64,000 nucleotides of DNA from a virus, in the IMG/VR virus record IMGVR_UViG_3300045988_168866. One strand, given 5' to 3'. This document shows positions 33,438 to 43,712 of the stretch, piece after piece. How positions within the stretch are numbered: the first letter of the stretch is position 1; every line of letters begins with the position of its first letter. Below the pieces are notes generated by a model, which saw nothing but the letters and a program-made list of their open reading frames with translations, did no database searches and was not told the origin of the DNA. Both the position numbers and the translations under genes were made by a program.

Positions 33438-34005
33438 ATTGATTATATTCTAATTCTTCAATTAGTTTTTTATCCTTTTTACTACTAGAAAGATTTTTCT
33501 TGTTTATCATCATTAGGAATTTTCTTTTATAAGACTTCCTTCTATGATTTACCTTTACTTCTTTTGGAAAAAATATTTTATGTTTTACTAATCTCCATTT
33601 ACCATTAATGTATAAGGTTTTACCAATACTAAAATCCATTTCTAGAGCTTCTTTACCTTTTATGAATTTTACATATTTTAATGAATCTGGACCATAGTTA
33701 TCTAAATATTTTTTTCTGGCTATTTGTGGATTATACCAACCTTGAAGAACTAATGTAGGTATAAAATTTTTATAACACCAAGGATAATATTTATGCAGGT
33801 ATATTTTAGAGTCAAGATTCACTAATTTAGTTGATTTACATTTTTCTTTTCTCTTTTTTCTTAATTCTAAAGCAAATTCTCTTAAATATTCAGGTAAAGC
33901 TTCAATTACTATCTCATTTTTTATTTTTGGTGCTTTTTTGGAATACTTTATGTATCTTTTATATAATTCTTTTTTTGTTAATTTATTTATATCTACTCTT
34001 GGCAT
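33331..34005 (-). CDS. hypothetical basic protein
   Basis: 224-aa Lys/Arg-rich ORF. Confidence 0.45.
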   Translation of the reverse strand: MPRVDINKLTKKELYKRYIKYSKKAPKIKNEIVIEALPEYLREFALELRKKRKEKCKSTKLVNLDSKIYLHKYYPWCYKNFIPTLVLQGWYNPQIARKKYLDNYGPDSLKYVKFIKGKEALEMDFSIGKTLYINGKWRLVKHKIFFPKEVKVNHRRKSYKRKFLMMINKKNLSSSKKDKKLIEELEYNQYGRKRFVQDIKFNERSGVQEIQKINSRRKKNLYQE

Positions 34006-34607
34006 GATTGTTTCTTTTCTAAAGTTTTATAATCTATACCCTTTTTTCTTAATGATGCTCTATACCATTGTTGAATAGATTTTGGATTTGCTTCTGGGAA
34101 TTTCTTAATTACCCTTCTGGTTATTCTTTCTAATGAATATCCTCTATCAGTTAATTCAAAAGTATATGATTTTTTAGTACCCTTCCAAAGACCATTATCA
34201 TCTTTTTCTCTTTTAGGTTTATCAGATTTTGGTTTATTTAAACCTTTTATCCTTTTAGTCTTTAATTTTTTAGTTTCACTATCTTCTGATATAAAACCTA
34301 ATCTTAATTGATAATTTCTCATGGGATCATCTTTGGAATAACCTCTTTCTTCTAGAATTTTATCCATCCAATCATCATACTTATCAATTAATGAATTATC
34401 TGGTTTAGTATCTGCTTTTAATATATATGATTGTAATCTTCCCCAGTCAGCTGAACAAGCTTCTGGAAATGGCATTCCTAATGATACTGCCCTTCTCTTA
34501 CAATCTTTAAAAGACATTGCATCTAATCCACCTGGAAATAATTTTAACTTTTCCTTAGAACCCTTAATTCTGTTTTTGTCTTTGATTTTTTTTGTTACTC
34601 TTGCCAT
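33993..34607 (-). CDS. hypothetical basic protein
   Basis: 204-aa ORF with a TAnnTTTG box 33 nt upstream. Confidence 0.45.
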   Translation of the reverse strand: MARVTKKIKDKNRIKGSKEKLKLFPGGLDAMSFKDCKRRAVSLGMPFPEACSADWGRLQSYILKADTKPDNSLIDKYDDWMDKILEERGYSKDDPMRNYQLRLGFISEDSETKKLKTKRIKGLNKPKSDKPKREKDDNGLWKGTKKSYTFELTDRGYSLERITRRVIKKFPEANPKSIQQWYRASLRKKGIDYKTLEKKQSCQE

Positions 34608-34640
34608 ATTGGTTAATATTTTAATATTTTTTCTTTACTA

Positions 34641-34648
34641 CAAATATA
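34641..34648 (-). promoter_or_regulatory. TAnnTTTG (-7 type) box
   Basis: The minus strand reads TATATTTG, 33 nt upstream of the ATG at 34607. Confidence 0.45.
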
Positions 34649-34688
34649 TAAATAATGTATATTATAAAAAAATTATTTATATAAAATA

Positions 34689-35633
34689 TCATGGGTTTTT
34701 TAGATGTTTACCCCTCATTATATCTGGTAATGGCATCCTTTTTAAGTTATATGCTGAATCTAGAGTTTCACAAGTAAAATCCATATTATTAATGGAGTTA
34801 TAATTAATAGCTCTATTAATTAAACTTCTGTATTCTTTCCAGAAATTTAAACCAGATTTACAATCCCTGGTTTTTTCAAAGAAATTTTTTACCATTATAC
34901 CAAATAATTCAGCATCTTCCTGTTCCTCAAATATATAGATTTTCATATCAGTTATTTGGTTAACTATATTATCTTCTCTTTTTATTGGTACTACTACATA
35001 ACCTTCTTTAAAAAAATCTGATATAAAAGCTACATAATATCTTTTATCTGGTCTACCTGCTTTCCAATACATATCTACCATAGCCCTGATTTTAAAATCA
35101 GGTATACCATGAAGATATTTTATATATATCTTATCTTTTTTTGTATTTCTTCGTTTATATGGTGATGGTGCTTGAAGTATTCTTGGTAATATTCTAAAAT
35201 TATTCCATCTATCAAACTCCATTATTAATGCATATAAATCCTTATCCCATTTATCTTTGGATTTTTTGAGATTACTCATATTATTAATTATATGGTTATT
35301 CCTTACTGGTTTTAAAAGCCATGAGGAATCACCAGCATATTCTGAAGCTTCATCTTTTGGCAATCTTTTCAATATGCATCCATATAAATAATCTCTAAAT
35401 CTTTCAGATAAAGGTGCTTTTGGATTTATAAGAGAGGGGTATAAATAAAAATAATCCGAGAACATCTTAAAAAATTTCTCGGATCTAGCCTTTAATTCTA
35501 AATATTTATAATGAGTTATCTTTAATATTTCTCCAGTTTTCCAAGTTGATAAACCTTGGGATAATGTTAAAAATAAACTATTTTGTTCTTCTTTAGTTAA
35601 ACATTCCCAAGCTTTTTCTTGATAATCTTCCAT
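34689..35633 (-). CDS. hypothetical protein with N-terminal sigma-region-4/LuxR-like helix-turn-helix
   Basis: 'LTKEEQNSLFLTLSQGLSTWKTGEILKITHYKYLELKARSEKF' resembles the L..(E/R)...F.L...G.S..EI...L.I...V pattern of region-4 HTHs. Confidence 0.35.
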   Translation of the reverse strand: MEDYQEKAWECLTKEEQNSLFLTLSQGLSTWKTGEILKITHYKYLELKARSEKFFKMFSDYFYLYPSLINPKAPLSERFRDYLYGCILKRLPKDEASEYAGDSSWLLKPVRNNHIINNMSNLKKSKDKWDKDLYALIMEFDRWNNFRILPRILQAPSPYKRRNTKKDKIYIKYLHGIPDFKIRAMVDMYWKAGRPDKRYYVAFISDFFKEGYVVVPIKREDNIVNQITDMKIYIFEEQEDAELFGIMVKNFFEKTRDCKSGLNFWKEYRSLINRAINYNSINNMDFTCETLDSAYNLKRMPLPDIMRGKHLKNP

Positions 35634-35637
35634 TTTT

Positions 35638-36354
35638 CTAATATTGTTTTTGGTTAATTACTTCATCAGGATATCCTTCTGGTATAGAATTTACATCTAT
35701 GGTATTATTTGATAAACAAGATAATTTATCTTCATCATAATCTTGGTATATAGAATATAATACATTATCAATTGGTATCTGTATGGCTAATGAACCATTT
35801 TCTGGATAAATAGTAACTGTTACCATTTTAGTTACTAAGTTAATACCATTAACTACTGCCCCTATACCATCGAATGGATAGCTCCTTAAAGTTATATAAT
35901 CACCAATCTTTAAATTTACAATATCATCTGCAGAAAATATCTGATTATTTCTTGATAAAGTTTTATAATGTTTATATTCTTTTTTAGAAATGGTTGCTAC
36001 CATTGAAAAATCATCAAAGTCTTCAGCATTATCTATCCTTTGCTTTTTCTTTTTGGGATGCATACTTTCTGTAGACCTTAACCAATTTAGTATTCCAGGT
36101 ATTTCTTTTTTCAACTTTATTAGAAACTGTCTATTAAAAGCTTTTTCTGTTGGCATTTTTATAAAACCATAGCTAAATAATAGAGGTAATTCATCATAAA
36201 AATTCTTACCATTTTTTGATTTCCTAAGTATCTTTACTGTTGGTACTAGAGCTTTTATATTTTTGTACCCCCTATCTTTCAATTCTTCATTTATGCTTTT
36301 CCAATATTTTTTATCTAATCTACAAACACAATATTTATAAGAGGTACATTTCAT
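35638..36354 (-). CDS. NusG-like transcription elongation/antitermination factor (NGN + KOW)
   Basis: NGN-like N-terminus '..YCVCRLDKKYWKSINEELKDRGYKNIKALVPTVKILRKSKNGKNFYDELPLLFSYGFIKM' (E..L...G....VP......K.G.....PLF..Y.F) and KOW-like 'IGDYITLRSYPFDGIGAVVNGI'. Confidence 0.55.
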   Translation of the reverse strand: MKCTSYKYCVCRLDKKYWKSINEELKDRGYKNIKALVPTVKILRKSKNGKNFYDELPLLFSYGFIKMPTEKAFNRQFLIKLKKEIPGILNWLRSTESMHPKKKKQRIDNAEDFDDFSMVATISKKEYKHYKTLSRNNQIFSADDIVNLKIGDYITLRSYPFDGIGAVVNGINLVTKMVTVTIYPENGSLAIQIPIDNVLYSIYQDYDEDKLSCLSNNTIDVNSIPEGYPDEVINQKQY

Positions 36355-36362
36355 AACTTATC

Positions 36363-36899
36363 TTATTTTAATAATAATTTTCTAACTTTTTTATAAATCT
36401 CTTTGTAGGGTAACTTCAATATATCTGATGCCATATATACATTTAAGGTTATATTTTTATTAACCACAACTACCATTATTGGTAATTCTAATAATTTATT
36501 ATAACCATTAATTATTCTAGATACCTTATTATCTACTATGAAAAAGAATTCTCCTTTTGGCATATTATTATATCTCATCATCAAAACTGGTAATTTACCA
36601 GCTCTAATAGAATCATTATTAGCCTGATCCCAGAATTCTAGTATTTTACATTTCTTATTGCCTAATAAAATATGTTCAAATCTAATATCCTTGTAAAATT
36701 TAGATTCTATAGAAAATGGAAATTTTCTAGAATGTTTATCATCAGTACAAATTACATCTGATGAAATATTATCAGCTTTCTTCCATCTTAAACCACCAGA
36801 AGCTGGTGTTCTACTAAATTCATAATTTGTCCATTCTTTCCAGAATTTACAAACTTCTCGTTCACCTCTATTACCTTTATTTTTACTATTTCCTGACAT
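36363..36899 (-). CDS. PD-(D/E)xK nuclease, putative Holliday-junction resolvase
   Basis: 'KGNRGEREVCKFW' N-terminal motif, 'SSDVIC' Asp, and 'FSIESKFY' (E-x-K), as in Hjc/RecU-type resolvases; adjacent to SbcCD-like genes. Confidence 0.5.
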   Translation of the reverse strand: MSGNSKNKGNRGEREVCKFWKEWTNYEFSRTPASGGLRWKKADNISSDVICTDDKHSRKFPFSIESKFYKDIRFEHILLGNKKCKILEFWDQANNDSIRAGKLPVLMMRYNNMPKGEFFFIVDNKVSRIINGYNKLLELPIMVVVVNKNITLNVYMASDILKLPYKEIYKKVRKLLLK

Positions 36900-36943
36900 T
36901 TAAAAAATTATTTGGTTTATATACATTAGGCAATAGTGAATTA

Positions 36944-38665
36944 TTAAAATTCATACTTTGATAGGCCATTTATTTTACTAACTGTCAATACTTTAGAATT
37001 TGGTATAGGTAAACTTTCTTGATGGGTTATCAAAAATAAATTTCTATCTTTATATACTTTCTTTATAAGATTTATAACCAATTCAATATTATCCGAACTT
37101 AATGATTCAAATACTTCATCTAAAAATGCTATATTTATACCTTTTGACTTACTAATCATTTGATTCATAGCTAAAGCCATAGCTAAATTCACTAATTGTT
37201 TTTGACCACCAGATAATTCATCATATTTTACTTCTATACCATCCATAGATATCATGGTTATAAAATCTTTTTTAGTAGAATTTAAATCTATGCCAAATAA
37301 TATATTAAATCCCAAAGCTTCTGAATAAGATTCTAGTATTTCATTTAAATAATCCATTGAAGATTCAAATAAGAAAGCTTTAATACCATTATTACTTAAT
37401 GGGTCCATATAAGCCCATTTATAGAATTCCACATTATCCTTTATTTGTGAAATAGAAGTATCCAATTCTGATATTCTTTTTGTATATTTTTCCTGTTTTA
37501 CTTTATTAGATTTTAGGATTGATTCAAAATCTGGTTTAGTATTAAGGTTATTTTCTATTCTTTTATCAATGTGCTCTATTTCTTCCTTTATTCTTAAAAG
37601 TTCACCCTTTAATTTATCTAAATTATATAGCTTATCATATAATTCTGATTTTTTATCCTGTAATTCACCTAATTTTTCATGTGATTTCCTTTGGATATTA
37701 AATGAACTTTTTATTTCTTCTAGTATTTCTATTGATTTATTATATTGTTTATCCTTTAATAGATTAATCACATTATCTACTAAATCCTCTACCTTTATAT
37801 TTGATTTATTAGTAGCATTATCATATAACTCTTTTTGATAGTTTATTTCCTTTTTTACTTTTTCTATATCACTTTTTATGTTTTTTTGCTTAATATCCTT
37901 AAGCTTAAGGCTTAATTTATTTAATCGTATTGTAGCCAGTTTTTTATCACTCTTCAATAAAGAAATTTTATTTTTTATAGATAAATCAAATTCACTTCTC
38001 TTTTTCTTAATTTCACTAGAATTAACCTTTAATAGATTATATGATTCTTTTATTGATTCCTTTTCTTTTATTAAAGATTGTATTTCATTATATAATTTCT
38101 GATATCTATCCTGAGCTACTTTTTTGGCTTCACTTAAATAGTTTAATTCAAAAATATCCTCAAATAACTTTTTCTTATCAGGACCAGTTTCCTGTATTAA
38201 TCTTTTACAACCCTGACCAAACATTACACTATTCATAAAAACATTATAAGACATCCCAATGTTTTTATCTATAAGCAATTGTATTAATCTTTTACCCTTC
38301 TCTTCTACAGGTTCAGTATCTATAAAATAAAGTAATCTGTCATTACCTTTAGCACCAAATACTTCATCTTTATAAGATTGACATCTGATTATGTTATGTA
38401 CTTTACCTTCTTTTCTAAAAAATAAGGATACTTTTACACCTTTATAATTTTTTGGCCTTAATTCTTTCCATGTTAATACATCTGATACTTTTTTAAGATT
38501 TATACCATATAAACACCAAACTAATGCAGAAAATATAGTAGTTTTTCCATTACCATTTGATCCTCTGATTACTGTTATACCAGTATTATTTAGTGGTAAA
38601 TCCAGCTTATTTATACCACAAAAACCCTCTACTATTATTTTAGTGAATTCTATCATCACATTCAT
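36944..38665 (-). CDS. sbcC: SbcC/Rad50-family ATPase (T4 gp46-like)
   Basis: Walker A 'GSNGNGKTTIFSAL', long central coiled coil, ABC signature 'LSGGQKQL', Walker B 'IAFLDEVF'. Confidence 0.85.
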   Translation of the reverse strand: MNVMIEFTKIIVEGFCGINKLDLPLNNTGITVIRGSNGNGKTTIFSALVWCLYGINLKKVSDVLTWKELRPKNYKGVKVSLFFRKEGKVHNIIRCQSYKDEVFGAKGNDRLLYFIDTEPVEEKGKRLIQLLIDKNIGMSYNVFMNSVMFGQGCKRLIQETGPDKKKLFEDIFELNYLSEAKKVAQDRYQKLYNEIQSLIKEKESIKESYNLLKVNSSEIKKKRSEFDLSIKNKISLLKSDKKLATIRLNKLSLKLKDIKQKNIKSDIEKVKKEINYQKELYDNATNKSNIKVEDLVDNVINLLKDKQYNKSIEILEEIKSSFNIQRKSHEKLGELQDKKSELYDKLYNLDKLKGELLRIKEEIEHIDKRIENNLNTKPDFESILKSNKVKQEKYTKRISELDTSISQIKDNVEFYKWAYMDPLSNNGIKAFLFESSMDYLNEILESYSEALGFNILFGIDLNSTKKDFITMISMDGIEVKYDELSGGQKQLVNLAMALAMNQMISKSKGINIAFLDEVFESLSSDNIELVINLIKKVYKDRNLFLITHQESLPIPNSKVLTVSKINGLSKYEF

Positions 38666-39611
38666 TTATTAAGTCTACTAATAATTTTTTCCTATTTCTA
38701 TCTTTAATTCCTTTAGCTTTGAAATATCCAGATACTAATTTTTTATTTGATAGATCTAAAGTAATATTATGTTCTTTTGTCTCTTTATCATCTATAATTG
38801 GTTTGTTTATGATAGTATAATAATTACCATCATCTTTTACATATTCTTCAGATGATACATCAATAAATTTTGGGAATTTAGTAAATGGTATAAATTCCAT
38901 GGATAAATCAGAATATAACTTCCAATAACCTAATTCACAATTTTTATCAGTTCTTCTTTGTTGTAAAGGTGCACCTACCATATATACCTTTTTTGATAAT
39001 CTTTGTGGTTTATGTATATGGCCACATAATACTAAATCAAATTTGAAGAAACTGTTTATGTTTATATTTTCTACTGAACCAACTTCCACATCATCTGTGT
39101 CTTTTGCACCAGGATAATCAGTATGTATAAGTAATATATTTTTCTTATCATTGACTATGGGTATTTCTTTAACCCATTTAGTTAACCCTATATTGTGATC
39201 TAAATATGGTATGCCATGTATAATTATATCACCAAATTCTGCAGCCCTAAAATCTATACAGGTAATAAACTTATATATTTTAGAAAAAGAACTTATCCAA
39301 CTTGATGATTTATTTCCTATTGAATTAGTTTTTGACATATCATGATTACCTGATATACAAAATAAATTCCAACTTCCATCATTAAGTTTATTAAATTCTC
39401 TTATAATAATTTCAAATAAATCATTAGTAATTAATTCAGGTTTATGGAATAAATCCCCACAAAATATTCCTTGGCATTTGTATTTATTACATAATTCTTT
39501 TACTAAAGAAAGAACCTTAAAATGATTTAAGGTTCTTATATTATCCTGATTAAATTTTGCCCATTGATTTATATGAAGATCAGAGAATACTATAGCTGAT
39601 ACTTTTTTCAT
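38640..39611 (-). CDS. sbcD: SbcD/Mre11-family nuclease (T4 gp47-like)
   Basis: Calcineurin-like phosphoesterase motifs 'FSDLH', 'GDLFH', 'GNHD', 'IHTD', 'GHIH' in the canonical order. Confidence 0.85.
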   Translation of the reverse strand: MKKVSAIVFSDLHINQWAKFNQDNIRTLNHFKVLSLVKELCNKYKCQGIFCGDLFHKPELITNDLFEIIIREFNKLNDGSWNLFCISGNHDMSKTNSIGNKSSSWISSFSKIYKFITCIDFRAAEFGDIIIHGIPYLDHNIGLTKWVKEIPIVNDKKNILLIHTDYPGAKDTDDVEVGSVENININSFFKFDLVLCGHIHKPQRLSKKVYMVGAPLQQRRTDKNCELGYWKLYSDLSMEFIPFTKFPKFIDVSSEEYVKDDGNYYTIINKPIIDDKETKEHNITLDLSNKKLVSGYFKAKGIKDRNRKKLLVDLINECDDRIH

Positions 39612-40270
39612 CTTAAGAATGACTTTATTATATTTTTTCTCCTATCTAATGTAATATCTCTCAATATTAAAATATTTACTGATTTATCCTCCCCATAATC
39701 AATAATGTTACCCATTTCAGTCTTTCCCCCAAATTTTAATGAGAAAAATGAAGATTTATTATATCCCATAATATCTTTAATTACACCGTCCATTATTAGG
39801 GATATCTGATATTGGTAATATCTATTTGTTATCCTTTTACCATTATCTTCCATATTCCATTTTCTAGTATCAAAGTATTCTATTGTAAATGGTATATAGA
39901 TAATATGAGTAAATTGTTTAAATAATAATACTTTACATTGTTCAATAAAAGTATCCATATCACATTGTTGATGCTTATGTGATAATTTATTTATCATATA
40001 AGCTACTGAATCAATATAACATCTATCTGTTACAAAATCTCTATCCTGTTTAGCATATAGATTTCTTCTTTTATTTAACAATTGGTATTCCTTCATAAAT
40101 AAAGGCATATTAACCATTTCTTCATGTGTTATATTTTTAGTTTCAGGTATTAAATCTGAATATGAAGAAGATATAAAAGGTATTTTATATTCTTCTGATA
40201 TCCATTTTGCTAAAGTAGTTTTACCTATACCACTTGGACCTGCAAAACCTATTCTTCTGAATTCTTCCAT
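39608..40270 (-). CDS. P-loop (deoxy)nucleotide kinase-like protein
   Basis: Walker A 'GPSGIGKTT' at residues about 11-19 and 'DRCYIDSVAYM', which resembles the DR...S..AY motif of dNK/thymidylate-kinase-type enzymes. Confidence 0.45.
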   Translation of the reverse strand: MEEFRRIGFAGPSGIGKTTLAKWISEEYKIPFISSSYSDLIPETKNITHEEMVNMPLFMKEYQLLNKRRNLYAKQDRDFVTDRCYIDSVAYMINKLSHKHQQCDMDTFIEQCKVLLFKQFTHIIYIPFTIEYFDTRKWNMEDNGKRITNRYYQYQISLIMDGVIKDIMGYNKSSFFSLKFGGKTEMGNIIDYGEDKSVNILILRDITLDRRKNIIKSFLR

Positions 40271-41223
40271 GATTTTAATGTTTTAAATGGTTTTATAAAT
40301 TCACTTGTTAAAAATGAACCCAAAGTATATTCCTTAAATATGAATTGTAGTTTCTTAGTATTTATGGTATCTTTTTTATAAAAAATTACTGGGATTTTAT
40401 TTAATGGGTATTCTTTTAATGCAACCCTTATATCTATAAGTGGTTTATTTCTTTTATATAAATCCTCTAGTCCTTCAAAATCTATACCATTAAATTCATT
40501 ATCTTTATTTGAAAGAAAATTCTCTATAGAACCAAATTCATCCAAAAATTTTCTAGCTTTTACTGGTCCTATACCTTTATAACCTGGTATATCATCTGAT
40601 TTATCACCAACTAAACATAAATAATCAACACATTCTTTTGGTGAATAACTCATTTCTTTTGTACAAGTTTTTTCCTGTATTATACATTCTTTAAAAGGAT
40701 TATATATTTTAATGTTGCCATCTATTAATTGACAAAAATCCTTATCTGAAGATATTATTAATACTTTACCATTATGATTTAATGCATAATGCCCAATATA
40801 ATCATCAGATTCATGACCTAACCCTTTTTTGTCCCATACTACTGGTATGTTTAAATATTTCAGGATTTTTTTTACTGTTCTTAATTGTTTATTAAAACTT
40901 TCATAATCCATAGAAATATTTTCTCTGTGTTTTTTATAACTACCCAGTAAATTATTTCTAAAATTACTTTCTTTACTTTGTTTGGTATCAAAAGTTATAA
41001 TCAAATAACCAGGTCTAAACCTTATTAAATATGAATTTAGTAATCTCATAAACCCATAAATTAAACCAGTTGGAACCCCATTATAAGATCTTAACTTTTC
41101 AAATTTTTGATAAGCTCTATGTGCTAAATTAGAACCATCAATTATCATTAATTGTTTTCTATCTGATTTTTTACGCTTCTTCTTCATAATCATCATTTTC
41201 TTCTGAATCATTGAATGATTCAT
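40249..41223 (-). CDS. 5'-3' exonuclease / flap endonuclease (RNase H-like, Pol I N-terminal type)
   Basis: 'LMIIDGSNLAHRAY' (compare LLLVDGSSL.FRA), 'SSDKDFCQL', 'GDKSDDIPGYKGIGPVKARKFL' H3TH motif. The true start is probably an internal Met around 41187. Confidence 0.85.
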   Translation of the reverse strand: MNHSMIQKKMMIMKKKRKKSDRKQLMIIDGSNLAHRAYQKFEKLRSYNGVPTGLIYGFMRLLNSYLIRFRPGYLIITFDTKQSKESNFRNNLLGSYKKHRENISMDYESFNKQLRTVKKILKYLNIPVVWDKKGLGHESDDYIGHYALNHNGKVLIISSDKDFCQLIDGNIKIYNPFKECIIQEKTCTKEMSYSPKECVDYLCLVGDKSDDIPGYKGIGPVKARKFLDEFGSIENFLSNKDNEFNGIDFEGLEDLYKRNKPLIDIRVALKEYPLNKIPVIFYKKDTINTKKLQFIFKEYTLGSFLTSEFIKPFKTLKSWKNSEE

Positions 41224-43393
41224 ATTCTACACTATCATCTACTGGATAATAATTCTCGGTTAGTTTTCCTAGTTTTTTATTAGTTGAACCTATAGTATTT
41301 ATATTAGCAGCTCTTAATAATTTTCTTCTCAAATCTTCATCTTCTTCCATAAGTTTAATAAACTTCTCTTCACCTCTACAAAGAGTTTTACCTTTATACT
41401 TATATACACCACCTGAAGATTTTTCTATAATATCATTTTCTACTAATACATCTTCTAATCCATAATATCTATCAAAACCAACTGAATGAAATTTTGGATT
41501 GAAATAAACTGGGCATTTACTAATTGTTGGCCTTGGTGGAGCTACCTTATTTTTAATAAGTCTAACAGTTACTAATTTACCAGCTTTTCTTTCTTTACCT
41601 TTTTGTTTAACTGTTATAGATTTTCCTGAATAAAAAGCAGCTCTGATAGAAGCATAGAATTTAAGAGCTGCTCCACCAGTTGTAGTATTATGTACTACTA
41701 TACCTTGTTCTTTAGAACCAGCCAAGAAATTATGATTATCTGATATAGTAATATCATATTTTTTTCTCTTATAACTTCTTTTAAACCTTCTATTTTTAAT
41801 ATCAAATTCCTTATTTATAGATATGATACTTACTTCTATAGGTATATACTCTTCTTTAAAATCTAAATAATATGGTTTATATTTACCAGTATATCCAGGT
41901 AACATTTTATATTGCATAGATTCTATAACATATTCCTGAATTTGTTCCATTAATTTTTTGGAACCCTCATTAGTAAATTTTATACCATGATTATATATTT
42001 TGTTACTTAAACCACATATATCAGATAGATATTTTGATAATTTACTAATATCTGTTCTATTTGGTGAAATAGATATACCTACAGTAACATTATTATATTT
42101 ATGCCCATCATCCATATACCATACAGCTAAAGTAATTGGTGATAGTGGTTTGGATAAATCCCATAATTTTAACGGGTCTTTATCTTTACCTATTTTATCA
42201 TATATTTCCTGCAATTCAGTATAACCAACTTTTGTAATCCATCTATTTGGATTATTACCTTTCATTTTCATTGGAAAAGCTTTACTTATCATCTCTGTCT
42301 TAAACATAAGGTAATCTTCCTGTTTACCATTACTAAATGTAAGTCTAGTAGTATAATTACCATGATTACTAAATAAAGAACAATCAAAAGGTATAGTCCC
42401 CCAAAGAAAATCTTTTAATGTACCATTTATAACTCTTCTTTGTTTAGATATTAATTTATCATTTATATCAATATCTATAGCCTTTTTCCAACCATGGTTA
42501 GTTAAACAATGATGAGTATATGTACAAGTGAATCCATTAAAACCATTAACTGTTTCTGGTCCTTCAGTTTTAAATTGAATCCATTTTTTGGTTTCAGATT
42601 TTACTACCCAATCAATTATTGGTTTTGGTTCAAATTTTTTAGTATTTTCATTATAACTCCAAACTTCCTTTGATACCCTATTTTTAATAATATCTCCTAT
42701 TTTCATTGAAGTACCATCGACAAAAGGTATCATAGTATCATAATGTAAACAAGTATTATCTTTACCAAATCCTACATTTAAAGCTGTCCTTAACTGATTT
42801 ATATAAATTTGGGTTATACCTAGTTTATAGAATAGTTCACTTCTAATACGAAAATATTTATAAAGAGCTTTTGCTCTTCCACCCATTTCAGCTTTTCCAT
42901 CAACCATTTTAGAATCTATATTATCAGCACAATCCATAGCAGCTATGGAGTCAACTACTAATAATATTGGTTCATTATTTGTTAATTGTGACCTTAAATA
43001 TATAGCTATATCAGCTACTGCATCAGATACATATTCTATTCTAGTATCTCTTATTACTGTTACTTTATCAGGATTAACTCCATTTTCTTTGGCCCAAGAA
43101 TTCATCCATGATTGTTCAGCATCTACCCATATAACATGACCACCAAGTTGTTGGCATGAATAAGCAAAATTATATGCTATAAGAGATTTTCCTGAGGATT
43201 CTTCACCTGCTACTTCAAGTATTTTACCAAATGGTATACCACCACCAAAAGTATAGTTTAATGCAAAAAATGTTGATGGTAACCATAAACCTGATTCTTT
43301 TGTTTCAGATGCAGTTACTATCATATCACCATACTTTTTATTTATTTCATTTATTGAGGGTATCTTTATCCCTATTTTCTTCTTTGCTGCCAT
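41171..43393 (-). CDS. recA: RecA-family recombinase, interrupted by an intein
   Basis: Walker A 'GEESSGKS', Walker B 'ILLVVDSIAA', 'YINQLR', and the RecA signature split as 'GFGKDNT | intein | TTTGGAALKFYASIR'; acidic C-terminal tail. Confidence 0.9.
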   Translation of the reverse strand: MAAKKKIGIKIPSINEINKKYGDMIVTASETKESGLWLPSTFFALNYTFGGGIPFGKILEVAGEESSGKSLIAYNFAYSCQQLGGHVIWVDAEQSWMNSWAKENGVNPDKVTVIRDTRIEYVSDAVADIAIYLRSQLTNNEPILLVVDSIAAMDCADNIDSKMVDGKAEMGGRAKALYKYFRIRSELFYKLGITQIYINQLRTALNVGFGKDNTCLHYDTMIPFVDGTSMKIGDIIKNRVSKEVWSYNENTKKFEPKPIIDWVVKSETKKWIQFKTEGPETVNGFNGFTCTYTHHCLTNHGWKKAIDIDINDKLISKQRRVINGTLKDFLWGTIPFDCSLFSNHGNYTTRLTFSNGKQEDYLMFKTEMISKAFPMKMKGNNPNRWITKVGYTELQEIYDKIGKDKDPLKLWDLSKPLSPITLAVWYMDDGHKYNNVTVGISISPNRTDISKLSKYLSDICGLSNKIYNHGIKFTNEGSKKLMEQIQEYVIESMQYKMLPGYTGKYKPYYLDFKEEYIPIEVSIISINKEFDIKNRRFKRSYKRKKYDITISDNHNFLAGSKEQGIVVHNTTTGGAALKFYASIRAAFYSGKSITVKQKGKERKAGKLVTVRLIKNKVAPPRPTISKCPVYFNPKFHSVGFDRYYGLEDVLVENDIIEKSSGGVYKYKGKTLCRGEEKFIKLMEEDEDLRRKLLRAANINTIGSTNKKLGKLTENYYPVDDSVEYESFNDSEENDDYEEEA
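41687..42751 (-). mobile_element. intein (355 aa, residues C215-N569 of RecA) with a LAGLIDADG-type homing endonuclease domain
   Basis: Starts 'CLHYDTMIPFVDG' (Cys codon 42749-42751); block B 'TYTHH'; 'LAVWYMDDGH' LAGLIDADG-like motif; blocks F/G 'KYDITISDNHNFLAGSKEQGIVVHN' followed by Thr (Asn codon 41687-41689). Confidence 0.9.
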
Positions 43394-43712
43394 CTTCTTT
43401 ACTTTGAATGAAATTTTTATAATCTATATAGGATGAAACCATTATGTCCTTAATAAATTCCCTACATCTAGAAGGTAATTTACTAACTCTAAGTATAATC
43501 TTTTCAAATTCATCCAACATATCATCTGGATTAAATATACCCATTTCATCTAAGATATTCCATGGTCCTCTTTTATATTTTACACCATCAATTGGGTTAA
43601 TTAATCCATGTGGGTTAATTAATCCATGATAGTCACACAATCTTTTATATAAACAATTTTTAAAATCCTTATCCTTCTTTAATATATCAATATTTATATT
43701 ATTATCTTCCAT
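43347..43712 (-). CDS. hypothetical protein
   Basis: 121-aa ORF with a tandem 'HGLINP HGLINP' duplication. Confidence 0.45.
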   Translation of the reverse strand: MEDNNINIDILKKDKDFKNCLYKRLCDYHGLINPHGLINPIDGVKYKRGPWNILDEMGIFNPDDMLDEFEKIILRVSKLPSRCREFIKDIMVSSYIDYKNFIQSKEDGSKEENRDKDTLNK

